From: Eledone cirrhosa | Lineage: Eukaryota | Assembly (NCBI GenBank): GCA_964016885.1 | Contig: OZ024741.1 | Location: 193,254,001-193,318,000 of the forward strand | Length of the DNA: 64,000 nucleotides | Direction of reading: 5' to 3' | Part shown: positions 38,909-53,400 of the stretch, one piece after another | Layout: each line of letters begins with the position of its first letter | How positions within the stretch are numbered: position 1 is the stretch's first letter | Program-made: the position numbers and the translations under genes | Notes under the pieces: generated by a model | What the model saw: the letters and a program-made list of their open reading frames with translations, nothing else | The model's database searches: none | Told to the model about the DNA's origin: nothing

Positions 38909-39040
38909 CATTTTACGCCGGTTGTTCCCATAATTTGTGTGTTCGATATTAACTCTATTATCCCTAGGTATGTGATTATCGCTATAATTTCTAAATTTTG
39001 TCGTTGTATATATATGTGTGTGTGTGTGTTTGTATCTCCA

Positions 39041-39105
<65 letters not shown>

Positions 39106-39294
39106 GCAGATACTGTTTATAAAGTGGTGTATGTGTGTATTATGTGGATTACCTAGCAGTGGCTGATCCATAGTAACTAAATACCGGCCAGTTATTATCC
39201 TATTCTGTTGACATTAATATATAACCCAATCTATATTGAATATTTCCCTCTCTCTTTTTTCTTCCACTCACTCTTTCGTTCTCTCTCTCACTCT

Positions 39295-39328
<34 letters not shown>

Positions 39329-39649
39329 GTTGTCTCTCTGTCACTGTAATATTATTTATTTATTTCTCACTTTCTTTCCCACTTTTTTCCCACTTTCCCA
39401 GGCTCTGTGACTTTGTTAACTTTTCAAACGAGATTAAAATGTTCGTTGTCAGCTTGTTTTTGCCTGGTCTATTTACGTACTCGTAAACATACATACATAC
39501 ATACATAAATAAAATAAAACCAAATAATGAAATCTTACGAGCATTTAACGAAATAGGTGATGAATATTTACAACGGATCAAACCCCAACATTTCGGCAAA
39601 TCAACGCCTGTTTATATGCCTTAGCAACGACTGTGAAGTATTATCTTGG

Positions 39650-41625
39650 TGATAGCAGAGATATTAACATGATCAAAATACCACCAAAAATATAACTAAA
39701 ATAGAAAAAAGATTGCTGACCTACGAAAAACTAAAGGATATGTGACAATGCTCCTTACATGCAAACAAAAACAAAAAAAACTTCACTCCTCACCAACAAA
39801 GAGTGAAAAATAAAATAGAAACCATATTTGGTAACAGTAGAACCAGAACTCTTCAATATAAGCTGATCATCCTCAAACAAGAGTTGAGAGATGTCAACAC
39901 GAAACGTCGATATCAGAAGAAGGTAGATGAAAGAAAAGTGCTTAATAAAAGATTCAGACGAAACCAAACATCAGTCTATAGAGATATGAAGGGCAAAATA
40001 ATGTGTCACTGAGGCCCCATCCCAGAAAGATATAGATTCCTTTAGGAGAAAAATATGGGGTGAAAAGAAGAATTTCAACCAAGATGCACTGTGGCTAAAA
40101 GAAATCCAAAAGAACTATTGCTCCTACACTACAACAAAAACATACAAAATAAGTGAGGATACCCTACAGTAGGAAAACTCCAAGATAAGAAAACACCAGC
40201 AAAGGCCATGGTTGTCGGCTACTGGTACAAAAAACTGATATTCTATGAGATGTATCTTACCGACCTCCACCCACAAGTTCTCAAGGGAAATACACTTGTA
40301 CCAGGGTGGTTGACATTAGCACAAACAATAATGGTCCCCAAGAACAAAGACACCCACTTGGCAAAAAACTACCGACCCATTGCATGCCAGAACCTGATGT
40401 ATAAAATGTATACAGCCTGCCTGAAATTATTCCCCCAAGATCACTGTGAAAATAATAACATCACAGATAAACAAGTAGCTGGATAGAAAGGTATTTGGGT
40501 GTGTGCTGAATAACTCCTAATCAACAAAACTGCGATGTCGGGGGTACGACAACTTAGGAGGAATATGGCTACAGTCTGGCTGGACTACAGGAAAGCTTTC
40601 AATTCTGTTCCCCACTCTTTGATGATAGAGACCCTCCGACTAGCTAAAGTCCCAGACATTATTATCAGAACCATAGAGAAGCTGTCTTCTTCTTGGGCTA
40701 CTATCCTACAGTTCAAAACAGAGAAGGAGGACTCTATTTTCACTGATAAAATAGGATATCACAAGGGTATATTTCAAGAAGACAGTCTCTCTGTGATACT
40801 ATTTATCCTGTCATTAAACCCCTTGTCCTTTCTGCTCAAGAAATGTGAAGGATATATCATTGGCTCATAGGAGGACAGAAATACGAACTTAACCCATAAT
40901 TTCTTTGTGAATGATCTGAAACTCTATGCCAAGAACATAGATGGGATGAAGAAAAATCTTGACCTGGTTACAACATTCTCAAAGTATATAGGAATGGAGT
41001 TTGTCCAAGATAAATGCTCATATATGACTGTAAAGCGGGGAAAAACAACAACCCAATCTAGCTACATTTTCATCAATGGTCTAACTGTTTCACCGATATC
41101 ATACAGGGAATATTTTTCAAGGAGTTCCTTCCCAACTCTGATGATCTTATCTGTCTCATGTAGATAGACGGGCTCCTACGTAATCATATCCCTCCTCGTA
41201 AACTGCCGCATCATATCCCTCCTCGTAAACGTCGGAGGGATATGATGTGACATTCAAATGCTGTCTGGACTGATGTTAGGCCTCTGCCTCCCTGCTTACG
41301 TTTCAAGTAGAGGTGGTCTATGCCACTGTTGATGTGAAAGTTTCCCGTGTTGCTTAGTATTTTTCGAGTCCTAACATCAATTACTCGAATTTCGTCTACC
41401 GCCTAATTGAGTATTCCAAACGTTGGTGTTAGAACAGGCACAGCAAACACATTGTGAGTCATTGTTTTAGTGTGGTCAGAGAGTTCAGATGACCACATTT
41501 TTTTCTTAATCGGGTGTAATATTTCTTGGTTACGCGTTCCTTATTACAAATATCATTATAGGATATGTTCTCATCTATCCCCAGGTATCTGTAGCAGTCC
41601 TCATCATCTGATGAGGACTGCTACA
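39650..41625 (+). mobile_element. Decayed R4/Dong-like LINE (distinct family) with an inverted downstream segment (41105-41607 on minus)
   Basis: NYRPIACQN, WLDYRKAFNSVPH, GIFQEDSLS, NDLKLYAK on plus. YRYLGIDENI..DHLYLKRKQGGRGL on minus. Confidence 0.85.
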
Positions 41626-41857
41626 TACATACTTACTTACTTATTTACATACATTCATACAAAATTGTGGCCGTTGCGGTCAGTTCGATATTCGTATGTG
41701 TATAATTACTGTTTATATGAAGGCAACATACCATATAGTGAAAACGTCGAGCTACAGAGTGCAAAATGATCACATACGTACATTTCTACATAAATGTTTA
41801 AACATTACATATATTGTAACATACCTATATAAACGTTACATACATTTTAACATGTTT

Positions 41858-42612
<755 letters not shown>

Positions 42613-43099
42613 TATACACACGGCGTTGAAGCGTACACACTTACACACGCAAGAAATAAACCAAGTAACGTTTCAAAACCATTCAACAAAAACAAAGAAA
42701 GTTAAACAAGAACTTTTAATTGTAGAATTAAAAATAATCTGAAAGGAAATATTATCCAAAAATGTGAACAGCTTTAATTTTAATTCTGACAAAACTTTGT
42801 CGTAACTTTTAAAGGTCATTGTCTATTTTGAAAAATACAAATATCAGTGAATAGACAAAATCATCTTGGCTAAATGTATAAGTCTCCTTCGATCAAATTG
42901 TCATTATATATAATGGCGTTACAGAGATCCCAAGTTAGTTTATTGTAGCTTCAATGTGAAAGACTCAATCTCTGTAAAAAGCACCCCTACGAAAGCGCTA
43001 CTGGAGATCCAAATGGGAAACAAATGTTGCGTTCAACAAACTAGTTTTATGGTTACAAAAACTGGAGCAGGATTATTGCCAACATATCCAGCTAAAGCA

Positions 43100-43770
43100 A
43101 TATGAAATTGACGACATAATCCTGGAAACAGCTCTATAGAAAATGTCAAACAGGAAATACCCAGGCTTAAATAACTTCATAACAGGTTACTGGCTATCGG
43201 CGAGATCTCATACGGTTGTATTGATAAAGTGTCAAGAGCATACAAGAGCTGCCCCAATGGTTATCAACTGCCTCTACTCTCTTCATATCTCAAAATAGCC
43301 AAACTACACTTGCTAAAAATTACCACCCAATAACCTACCAGAATATCATGCAATCCAGGTACAAGAAATCCAAACTAAGTACCTACTGCACAAAAGACGA
43401 ATGTCATCAGTTGACAATAAATGCAGGCTATGCAAACCAGCAACCTAAGTTGTTGCCAACTGTGAAAGAATGTCTTCCAGTTACTACCTCCTCATGAGGC
43501 ATGGTGTGATTGCTAGAACGATCTCTGGAATGCATTATCGCAGACGAAAATAAAATTAAATAGAGAGGACTGTGTTGAAACTGATGATTCAAAGGCATAC
43601 TGGTGGAACTTCAAAATACCACCAAATTAAAACACAACCGGTCTTATATTGTTGTTCGGTGTAGATGACAGCTGCTTAATTTATATCAATAATGTGGTAG
43701 GAAAAATGCAAGAGAAGGAGAATGTCAAGGGACCATTGGAGAAGTGTTTGCTGATCCAGTATCCAGTATC
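43100..43770 (+). mobile_element. Strongly deleted R4/Dong-like remnant
   Basis: LAKNYHPITYQNIM, IQVQEIQTKY, DNKCRLCK, MRHGVIA, YWWNF, KLKHNRSYIVV remnants. Confidence 0.6.
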
Positions 43771-44054
43771 GTGAATATATTTTTTGTTCCACCTCCGTGA
43801 CATATTTTCTGATCCCAATTAAGTTATTTTTATATCCTATTGGAAACTGACATTTTACTTAAATGTGTCAATTGTATTAAATGAACAATATTTGCGATCT
43901 TGTACTTATTTTTGTTTTTTCCTACCAATCTGTTTAGTTTTATGTTTTCCAGGTATCATAAGCATAGAATACTGCTTTATAATATATCTACCTCACACAT
44001 ATCCATTCACACCGATATAATTATATCTATATCTATCTGTCTATCTATCTCTAG

Positions 44055-44134
<80 letters not shown>

Positions 44135-44173
44135 ATCGATCTACATGGCTGAATACAATAAATGTAATCTGAG

Positions 44174-44514
44174 TTTTTCGAATATTAATAATAATATTCG
44201 ATTCGTTTGCAATTATGCAAACACCCTCTCTTTTAAAGCCATGTCAGTAGAATGAGACCCTCATTCTTACTCTTATGTTGGCATGTAAACAGAACTGCAG
44301 ACTCTAATGTTTCTGGGTATTACCCTTCATCAGTACAGTTCACTGATCACCTGCCAACTGTCAAAGCTAGTGAAAACATATGATATTTTCTAAAATATAC
44401 AGTGACTGATCGGCCTGATTTGCATATTAGCAGACTGGATGATCAGACTGGCTTTAAAAAAGAGTGTGTTTGCATAATTGCAAACGAATCGAATATTATT
44501 ATTAATATTCGAAA

Positions 44515-44516
<2 letters not shown>
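44174..44516. mobile_element. Fold-back/MITE-like unit: ~68-bp terminal inverted repeats enclosing a hammerhead motif, between (TA)n arrays
   Basis: 44174-44241 is the reverse complement of 44449-44516, with few mismatches. Confidence 0.7.
44292..44341 (-). ncRNA. Minimal type I hammerhead-like ribozyme
   Basis: GAACTGTA-CTGATGA-AGGGT AAT ACCCA-GAAA-C ATTAGA G-TC-TGCAGTTC: 8-bp stem I and a GUC triplet. Confidence 0.65.
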
Positions 44517-44571
<55 letters not shown>

Positions 44572-45879
44572 TAATCGCACACTGGCATACGTACACACTT
44601 ATTGATGTAGTAGTTTGAACTTTTAAGTTTACCGTTAAGCATATATTTTATATTTCTTAATGGTTTCTGATGAAATGGTTGAATTTAAATGTATTGTAGG
44701 TTGAATTGTACTTCTCCAGTATTTAGCAATTTATAGACAATTCTACCATGGAAACAATTGTAAGACTTTAAATAAATACCCTTGTTTGTTTTGCCAACCA
44801 TGTTATTCTTAACTTTTTTATTACTCCAAGATATATTTATATAGTAATACAAGCACAATTGTCACCAACGTAAATATCTTGTTGTATCACACATTACCGT
44901 GTGCTTAAACTGTCCATGAGACGTTGTTTTCGCAGACTCTTATCGGATTACCTTTAACAATTTATTGTTATCCTACACATATATACAAAGGGAAGTACAG
45001 CATAATCGAAGCTCTGGCTGCAGCTAAGCTAACGAATGCAATCGGAATGTGCAGCTAAGCGCTCAATAAGGTATTAGACAGCTTTGCAAATTGAAGACAG
45101 CGACCGATAAGCCAGCCGCAGTGACCAAAGCAACGAATATATATATATATATTTTACTCTTAATTTGGCCAGAGATTTATATTTCCAGATGCCTTTTAAA
45201 CGTAACTTTCCCTATTTATTACTGTTATGAGATATTGTTTGTTATTTAGGTATCACTTCTCTGTTTTTAGCCTAAGAAAATATCTATATGCGTGTGTAAT
45301 TAATACATGCATACATTTATTTTTTTAATATTAATTGAGTTCTTAACACGCAGGATTGATAATGTTTTTGAAAAAACTAATTAACCCACGTGTATATTAT
45401 TTTACTTTTCTTGTGACTCGCGATTGTCTCCCTTTTCCGCTTCGTGACGCTATGATATTTCCTCAGTCTAAAGACTGCTGGAATTTCAAATTTGGCGGTC
45501 ATTCGATGCGTGGAGGGATAACTTAGCGGACACGAAAAGTAACTGCGGTAAGAAATTTTTTCTTATATCAAAGTTTAATGGGCATCCACTGATGATTTAT
45601 AAATGCCCACCTGCATATATTCTTACATGAAAATATGTTAGGCTTCTACATAAACTGGAAACATTCTCCCAACTTGTAGAAAACTTATTGTTTGGAAAGA
45701 GAGATATATTTTAATTTTAATTATATCTCATATAAAATAATACAACTGGCTTTCCACAAAATACATATAATTAGCACCCCAAACACTAAATTGGGATTAT
45801 ACTAACCTATATCCTAATGTTTGTTGAGTGAGATGGTTACCAGTCGGAGTTTAGCTTAAAGCTTTTTCTGTTATTGTAT

Positions 45880-45925
<46 letters not shown>

Positions 45926-46050
45926 AGAAAAAAAGAAAATCAGTGTTGCGACGAATGGAATTTATTGGACATATTACAATCGTTTCTCTGGCGACCAGCT
46001 CGATGCACGATCGATGTGATGATCGAACCTGACTCTAAGCATCTAACACC

Positions 46051-46121
<71 letters not shown>

Positions 46122-46499
46122 CATAATTACATAATTTCTTTGGGATTATACAAGATCTTCTCCTTCCTGTGTTGCTGACAATATTATTTTATGTTTCTTA
46201 TTGAATGTTTAGTGGTTTTATTTAATTTATAGTAAAGTTTTCGTTTGGCCTTTCGAGAAAGTAATATTTACAGATGAGTAATATACTATCTACAAAATAT
46301 TTAATCATGCTATATTGCTGAACAAGGACATAATTAAAAAGCAACTAGAATATGTTAAAGAACGAAATGCATAGGATGATAAAGTTAAGAAATGTTTTAA
46401 AAAACAGCTGGTTCAACCCACTCTTCTACATGAACGTAGCTTTCAGTATATTCAGAAATTCACTAAGTTTAATCAAATAGAATTTCCCACCAACATTGG

Positions 46500-46640
46500 T
46501 GGTGTGTGACTTAGTGAGTATGCTACCCGACTCAAGATCATAAGACCATGAGTTCGATTCCTGGTGGCTCGTTGCTCCAGTTCACTCAGTTGACAAAAAT
46601 ATGTTGTACCTGTAATTCAAAGGGCTGGCCTATGGTTGAG
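46500..46640 (+). mobile_element. Different, older tRNA-derived SINE
   Basis: GTGACTTAGTGAG (A-box-like), GAGTTCGATTCC (B box), TTGCTCCAGTTCACTCAG body. Confidence 0.6.
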
Positions 46641-47869
46641 AACTAGGCTAAATATACAAATATCTCTTGAAAGCTCAGCCCTGTGTATGTTAATGTCACA
46701 AGCAAGCTATTCTGACGGTAATCCAACACATTTCCATCAACTACATGTACTATAATCCATACAGAAGAAAAACGTTAGCTATAGTTGTAAGAACAATATT
46801 GCTTTACTGATGGCTAGAAGCAAATGAACTACCGCATACATACGGAGAACTTCTAACGCTGCTGGGGTTTACACGCTTTTCCTTTTTGTTTGTAATTTTT
46901 ACCCTTATGTTACCTATGTTCAAAGTACGCATTCCTCTTTTAAACTTGGTCCGAATTATACGCTTACCATGTATATTGTTTGTCATTTTTTGTGTGAAGT
47001 CTAATTCTGTTCGATGTATGTCGCCATCGGCTCTGTTACTGTATTTAAAGGCGAAGAGGATTGCTAATCTTTCATTCGGGCAAACATATGCAGTAGATTA
47101 CTTCTATGGGGTAATAGACAATAACAGTTCACTAATAAATGTTGTAGAGAAAGAAACCCTGAACACCCCCGCGTAACTAAAAGTGGACTAGGCGAAATAT
47201 ATATAAATAATAACTGAAGTGAACTGTTAGTAGATTGTATGTACGTAGTCTCTCGTAGTAATCTCGTTGGTAGTTCGAAATTACGCCTGGTGAATGCTTT
47301 GGTTTTATCCTCGTTTCGTACAGATATACAAAACAGGTGTGTTACACCATTATAAGAATAAGTCAATGTATTACATACACAGGTTTCCTTCAACATTTTC
47401 TTCATTTGTTTCCAATTATACATGCTTGTTCTTGTTTTGCTGATGGTGTGTACATTTTAGATTTCCGATACTTCCGAGGATCAAGGACAGACAAATAAAA
47501 TTGGTATTATTGAGAAATAAGAAACGCCTCTCATATGCAAAAAGTATCTTATGGTATAGTCAGTTTAGCAATATCTGTAGTTATAGAATTCTGTATTTTC
47601 TATGTTAAATTAATGAATACCTCAATCATTTCTGTGGATAATTGCAATTTCAGCTGCTTCACCATCGACGTGTGATTCATGCGTTGTATAGAGTAAAATA
47701 TTTAGTTATTCTCTCGCCCAAAAAATTTAATAAAAACATATCGATATTTATGTGTGTGGTTTTGTCATTTAATATTGAAATGATAATTCAGTAATTCCAT
47801 AAACAGAGAACGATAGCGCAGTGAGAAATTGTTGGATTTACTGATGGTAACATTTTGAGGTATTTAAGA

Positions 47870-48065
47870 GTTTTATGTTTGAAGGTTTGATGTTTAATGG
47901 TTTGATATGATGATTGGTGGTTTGATGGCTTAATGCTGTGGCGTCACAATGTTTTATGTTGTAGTGTTTGATGGTTTGATGTTATGGTATTTAATGATTT
48001 GATATGGTAGTTTTTGCTTTGGTGATTCGATGATTTAATGGTTTGGCGCTGTGGAATTAATGGCT
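47870..48065. repeat. Degenerate TTTGATGG-like short tandem repeat
   Basis: Recurring TTTGAT/TTTAAT-GG units. Confidence 0.6.
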
Positions 48066-49242
48066 TGGTTTTATTGTTTAACAACAAAGTTAAATCTGAC
48101 CTATTATCAAAGGCGTTCAGGTTCATATCTTGTATAGCTAGTAGTGCATTATCCAATGTGCTTTTTATTTTAAATACAATTGGGTGTGGTTTGAGGTATA
48201 TTTGCTTATTTCTAGCAAATCAAGCTATCTTATAAAGGCTTCCTCCTAAACTGGCTTGATACTGATGTAATATTGTAATGGTTTTTGTTGTTTAGCCACA
48301 GGTCCACGCAACTCAATAGATCCAAGATTATATTCACGCTAGTCACGAACACCCGTTTATTCTCTCAGGTGTTGTGCATTTAAGACTAAATTGTTGTATT
48401 ACCCCTTTTCGAAGACACCATATGGTGTAATTTGAAAGAGATTTGACAGATATTTCTAGCAGAAGCATCTACCAATTACCTTGCAAAATATAGTTCTCGC
48501 TTCAAGGGTTGGATCTATCTGCAGTGGTGTTGTTCTTTAAATCTAGGTCGCCCTTCAGCCGACAGATCTATGGTTGAATGAACCAATGAGAAATGTATGG
48601 GTGTAAATATGAGTCTGGACATATACTTTCTCTTCTGTTTTAGTCTGTATTTTTACGTTTGTTGTTGTAACTGTTTTTGTTGTTGTTGTTGCTTGGCTCC
48701 CAAGTCAAACCCATGATTAAAGTCTTAGCTCTGGGTTTAAACATTTCGCTTACCAGCCTCCATGGTTTCAAATCCGATCTCATTAAGAGGTATCTTGCCC
48801 CACAACCTCCAGTTGATCCAAACCATGTTCATAAAATGTTGGTAGTCAAAAACCGGCGAGGAATTCCATTGGTTGTATTGTACCTACTTTTGAATGATAG
48901 ATTTAGCAGCACTACCTAGTTCTTGGATATGTTTAACTGGTTTCGCAGTGTTGCATATCTTCGCACTGAAAAACGTAGCCATGAGCAGTTCTCGTCCTCC
49001 CACATACAATCATAAAATAAAATCTATAGGGATACAAAAGGAAGTATTTACGTGATCCTAAAGCAGCTAAAATTACCAGGCATATCACAGCCTACCTTCT
49101 TAATGCTGGAGAACGTATATAAGGACAATTACATTTAACAATGTAGTCTCTGATTTATATAAAAGACTGGATGGTCACGGTCGGACGACCTTTGGGCATA
49201 TAAAGGTGTGATAGAACAGAGCTAACCTGCGTTGAAACAAAA

Positions 49243-49429
49243 ATAATTGTTTTTCCTTTTGGCATAAGGCCAGCAATTACCCAGTGCATTACTGGTACTT
49301 TATTTTATCGACCCCGTAAGGATGAAAGGCAAAGTTAACCTCAGTGGGATTTGAACTCAGATCGTAAAGGGACGTAACTATGCGGGAAAGCATGGCGTCC
49401 GACTCTCCACTGATACTGCCAATCCACCG
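49243..49429 (-). mobile_element. tRNA-derived SINE
   Basis: Full core. Confidence 0.88.
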
Positions 49430-49898
49430 AAAAATAATACTGTCCATTAATAAAAGCAACGATGGAAAACTTACAATAATCTTTGAAATAATGTCAAATA
49501 ATGGAGCCTTCCTATTGATGTTACATTGCGATGTAGTAGTAAATAGTCAATTTCAGATAAAGGTGCGGGTGGGGTCATTATTTATTCCATTCATGGCATT
49601 TATGGCTTCGTTGTTATTAAGTAACTTAATATGTTACAAAGAGATTAATCCTGTTCATGGAAATAAACAAACACACACATACACACACACAGAGACATGC
49701 GCACACACACACACACACATACAGACACACATACAGACACACATACATACAAACATACATACATACATACATACATACATACATACATACATACATACAT
49801 GATGATGGCTGCCCCCTCGTTATCGAGTATGGCCATTGCACGAGAATAAAAAAAAAAAATAAGAAAAAAAAATAAAATAAATTAAAAAAATAAAATAA

Positions 49899-49899
<1 letters not shown>

Positions 49900-49934
<35 letters not shown>

Positions 49935-50112
49935 TGTTTCTACTTTAGGCACAAGGCCAGCAAATACCCAGTGCATTACTGGTACTTTATTTTATCGACC
50001 CCGTAAGGATGAAAGGCAAAGTTAACCTCGGCGGGATTTGAACTCAGAATGGCAAGGGCCGTAACTTTATGCGTCAAAGCATGGTGTCCGACTCTCTACC
50101 GATACTGCCAAT
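49900..50112 (-). mobile_element. tRNA-derived SINE with a long (ATT)n tail
   Basis: Full core, flanked by (AAT)n on both sides. Confidence 0.88.
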
Positions 50113-50482
50113 AATAATAATAATAATAAATAAATAAAAAAAAAGAAATATATATATATATATACATACATACATATATACATACACATACACACACACA
50201 TATACACACACATACATTAATAACAATAATAATAATAATGTTTTCTTTATTAACCACAAGGGTTTACATAAAGTAGACATTAAGGACAGTACAGGACAAT
50301 ACAGGACGGTACAAATGGGCATTTCTGCGTGTAAAAAACAGAGGATGAAATAAAATAACAAATAAAAATTCCCCAATAGGGTGGGAGACTTCCGAGGGAC
50401 ATTTGTGAAGAAAGCCCATTAAAAGACCACAGTGACCCTGACCACCAGGGCAAGTGCCCTCTCCCAGTTTTCCACCCTTAAT

Positions 50483-53400
50483 TTACAGACACATACTCAG
50501 AGAAGGCCCATTCATTCGGGCCATACTTGCTTCTCTCACCCATCTTTCAACAAAATGCTGGGAAGAGAGCACTTCCCTCTCTACCCTGATTTTCCTTTTC
50601 AAATGAAATTTGAAAAAGTTAATCAGGGCATTACCGAAGAGGTAAGTGTTCGTCTTCAGCCCTTTCAAACATGTCCACCATACTATCTCTTTCGCCATGG
50701 CCACCAGACATGTAAAAACTGCCTGCCCTTCCCGGCTAAAGGAAGGGGGCGGGGCAATCCTCACGATGGACTCAGCTGATAGCTGGATCCGTCCTACACG
50801 TGACAGCAGGTGTTCGACATAAACCCACAAGTCAGCAATGCTCGGACACTGGACGAGTGCGTGCAGGACGGTTTCGTCGCCCTGCGCGCATCTCGGACAT
50901 GCCCGGCTGACGGCACCTCCATGCCTGTAGAGTTTATCCCGAACTGGCAAAGCTCCCCGGTAGCACTGCCAAGTCAGGGATTTCTGGAAGTTGTCCATAG
51001 GCCCCGGCCGGAAAGTCCTTCCGAAGAGATTGGCTAGTTGATTTTCGTCGACGCCTAGAGTTTCTCCAAGTACGTCGTCGCTCTTCCCCTCCACTAATCC
51101 CCTATAGAACGCCAAGGTGGAGTTTCCACCGATCACATTGCCCGATTGGTCGAGGGCTGTGAGCGCCTGAAGACATTCCAGTCTCCAAGCGCTCCCTCTC
51201 GGTCTTCGCTTGACCCAAGACTGCAGCTCCGTCAAGGAGACGAGCTGGGGAAAAACGTATCTAACAAACGGCGACCACACCTGATCACCGTCGAGGAAGA
51301 GGTGGAGATGTCGTAGCCTGAGCGCGTGTCTGCGCATCATCAGCCACGGCATGCCCAGCCCTCCACGTAGCGGGTGTTGACAACAGATGGACCGCCTGAC
51401 CATCGGAGCGCGTCCCTTCCACAAGAAGCGAAAGAGCAAACGCTCCAGCGCAGTCAGGCGGGGCTTAGGACAAGGTACGACGGTCAGGCGGTAGTAGATG
51501 ACGGATGCGATGTAGGCATTCGCCACCTCCGCTCGACCTTTCAGGGATAGCTTCCTCTCGGCCCATTTCTGGGTGAGAGAAGCCACCCTGCTCGTCACCT
51601 CGTCCCAGTTTTTGTCCGTCTGGAGGTCTGGACCGAACCAGAGACCTAGCAATTTAACCGGTCCGTCCGTCCAGCGCCCGACGACGCTGTTGGACGGCAT
51701 GGACCTGCCTCTCCAGGTGCCGAGCTGCAGGCCCACTGACTTTTCCTAGTTGATCATTGCTCCTGTCACCGCTTCGTATTCTCTTAGTGTAGTGCCGATC
51801 GCCTCGATGTGTTTGGCGTTCGACACCACTACGGTGACATCGTCGGCATATGCTGACACGGATCTTCCACATCCTAGTTCGCGCGGGGCCCCCCTCAACG
51901 TCTCCAGTTTGTGTAGTAATGGCTCGAGGGTCAATACGTACAATAGGGACGAGAGGGGACATCCTTGGCGGACCGAGCGCATGATGTTGAACGGTTCCGA
52001 AAGGTGACCGTTCACTCTCACTACAGAGCAGATGTCGCTGTGCATAGCAGCGATCCAGCCTCTGAAGATGGGCCCAAAGCCAGCCGCCCTCAGGACTGCC
52101 GCTAGGTAACGATGGTCAACCCTATCGAAGGCTTTCGACTGATCTAAATTGATCAAAGACCCACCTGTGCCAGGTTCCCTAGCTACCCTCTCTACGATGT
52201 ATCGCATGAGGTGGAGGTTGTCGTGGATGGATCTGTCGGGAATGGCGCATGTCTGTGCCTCTCCCACCAGACCACCAACAAGCGCCAACCTCTTTGCTAG
52301 CACCTTGGCCAAAATCTTGAACTCTGTGTTTAGCAGAGTTATGGGCCTAAAATTATCTATGTTATCCCCCTTGTTCGGATCCTTTCTCAGCAGCGCCACC
52401 GCTCCTCGGCTCACAGAGCTGGGAATTCTCCCGTTCTGTTTCCAGTTACAGTAGACGTCCGCCAAGAGGCCTCCGAACAAGTCTGGCATTTGTACGTAAA
52501 GTTCATAGGGCCGACCATCCAAACCAGGCGATTTACCCCTTGAGCAGCCAGTCATTGCCTCCCGTACTTCAGCGGTTGTTATGGGCTTTTCGCAACACTC
52601 CGCCTCAGTGGCCGAAGGCCGCGGCAGTCCGTCGAGGTAGACACTAAAGTCCATCCCTCGATCCGGGCCGCCACTTCCCCCGAACAGTTGAGTGAAGTGT
52701 CGCTGAAAAGCTTCACACATTTGTCCGGGATCGAGTAGCATGCGCCCGTCGTTGTCCACCAAAGACCGGATCGTGGCTTTATTGCCACGACGCGCCTCCG
52801 CCACTCGGGCCCATTGAACGGCTTTCGTCCCCTCGTGACTGAGAGCACGCACCCTAGCTCTGACAACGCAGCCTTCGTGCTTTGCATTGAAGAATTGGTC
52901 AAGGGCCAATTTCGCCGCAAGTACGTCGGTCGCGATGCCTTTGCTAAGCGCCTCGTCTAATTTTCTAACTAATTCTCCCTCTGCTCTATTTTTCTCTATT
53001 GCTAAAGCCTTACTAAACCTAATGGACTCTATTCTAATTGCTCTTTTCAGAGCAAACCACCACTTGTTGTTGACGATGGCCCCCGTCAACGCCCGCTTAA
53101 CTAGTTCGCTAATCCGGTCTCTGTAGGCCTTGCGCGCTGGTAAGGACGCGTTTAGCTTCCAGTAGCCGGATCCTCGTCTATGAAGCCTATCTAAGTCAAG
53201 CACACAGATTATGAATTTGTGGTCCGTGTAGCTGACTATCTTGAATTGTTGACAGCCTATGCTAGACTTATCTATTTCCCTACAAAATACTCTATCTAGA
53301 TATGATCTGGATGACCCTATGAGATTTGTCCAAGTCCACATTGGTACATTCGGGAAATCCATTCGGTACCTGTCAGACAGTTCAAAACGCCTGAGCAGGT

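Noticed and set aside
41590-41626. CTGATGAG as a hammerhead core
   Set aside because: It is a fold-back of R4 coding sequence (DEDCY), with no correctly spaced GAAA.
46886-47176. 96-aa hydrophobic ORF
   Set aside because: No recognisable motif; length is compatible with chance.
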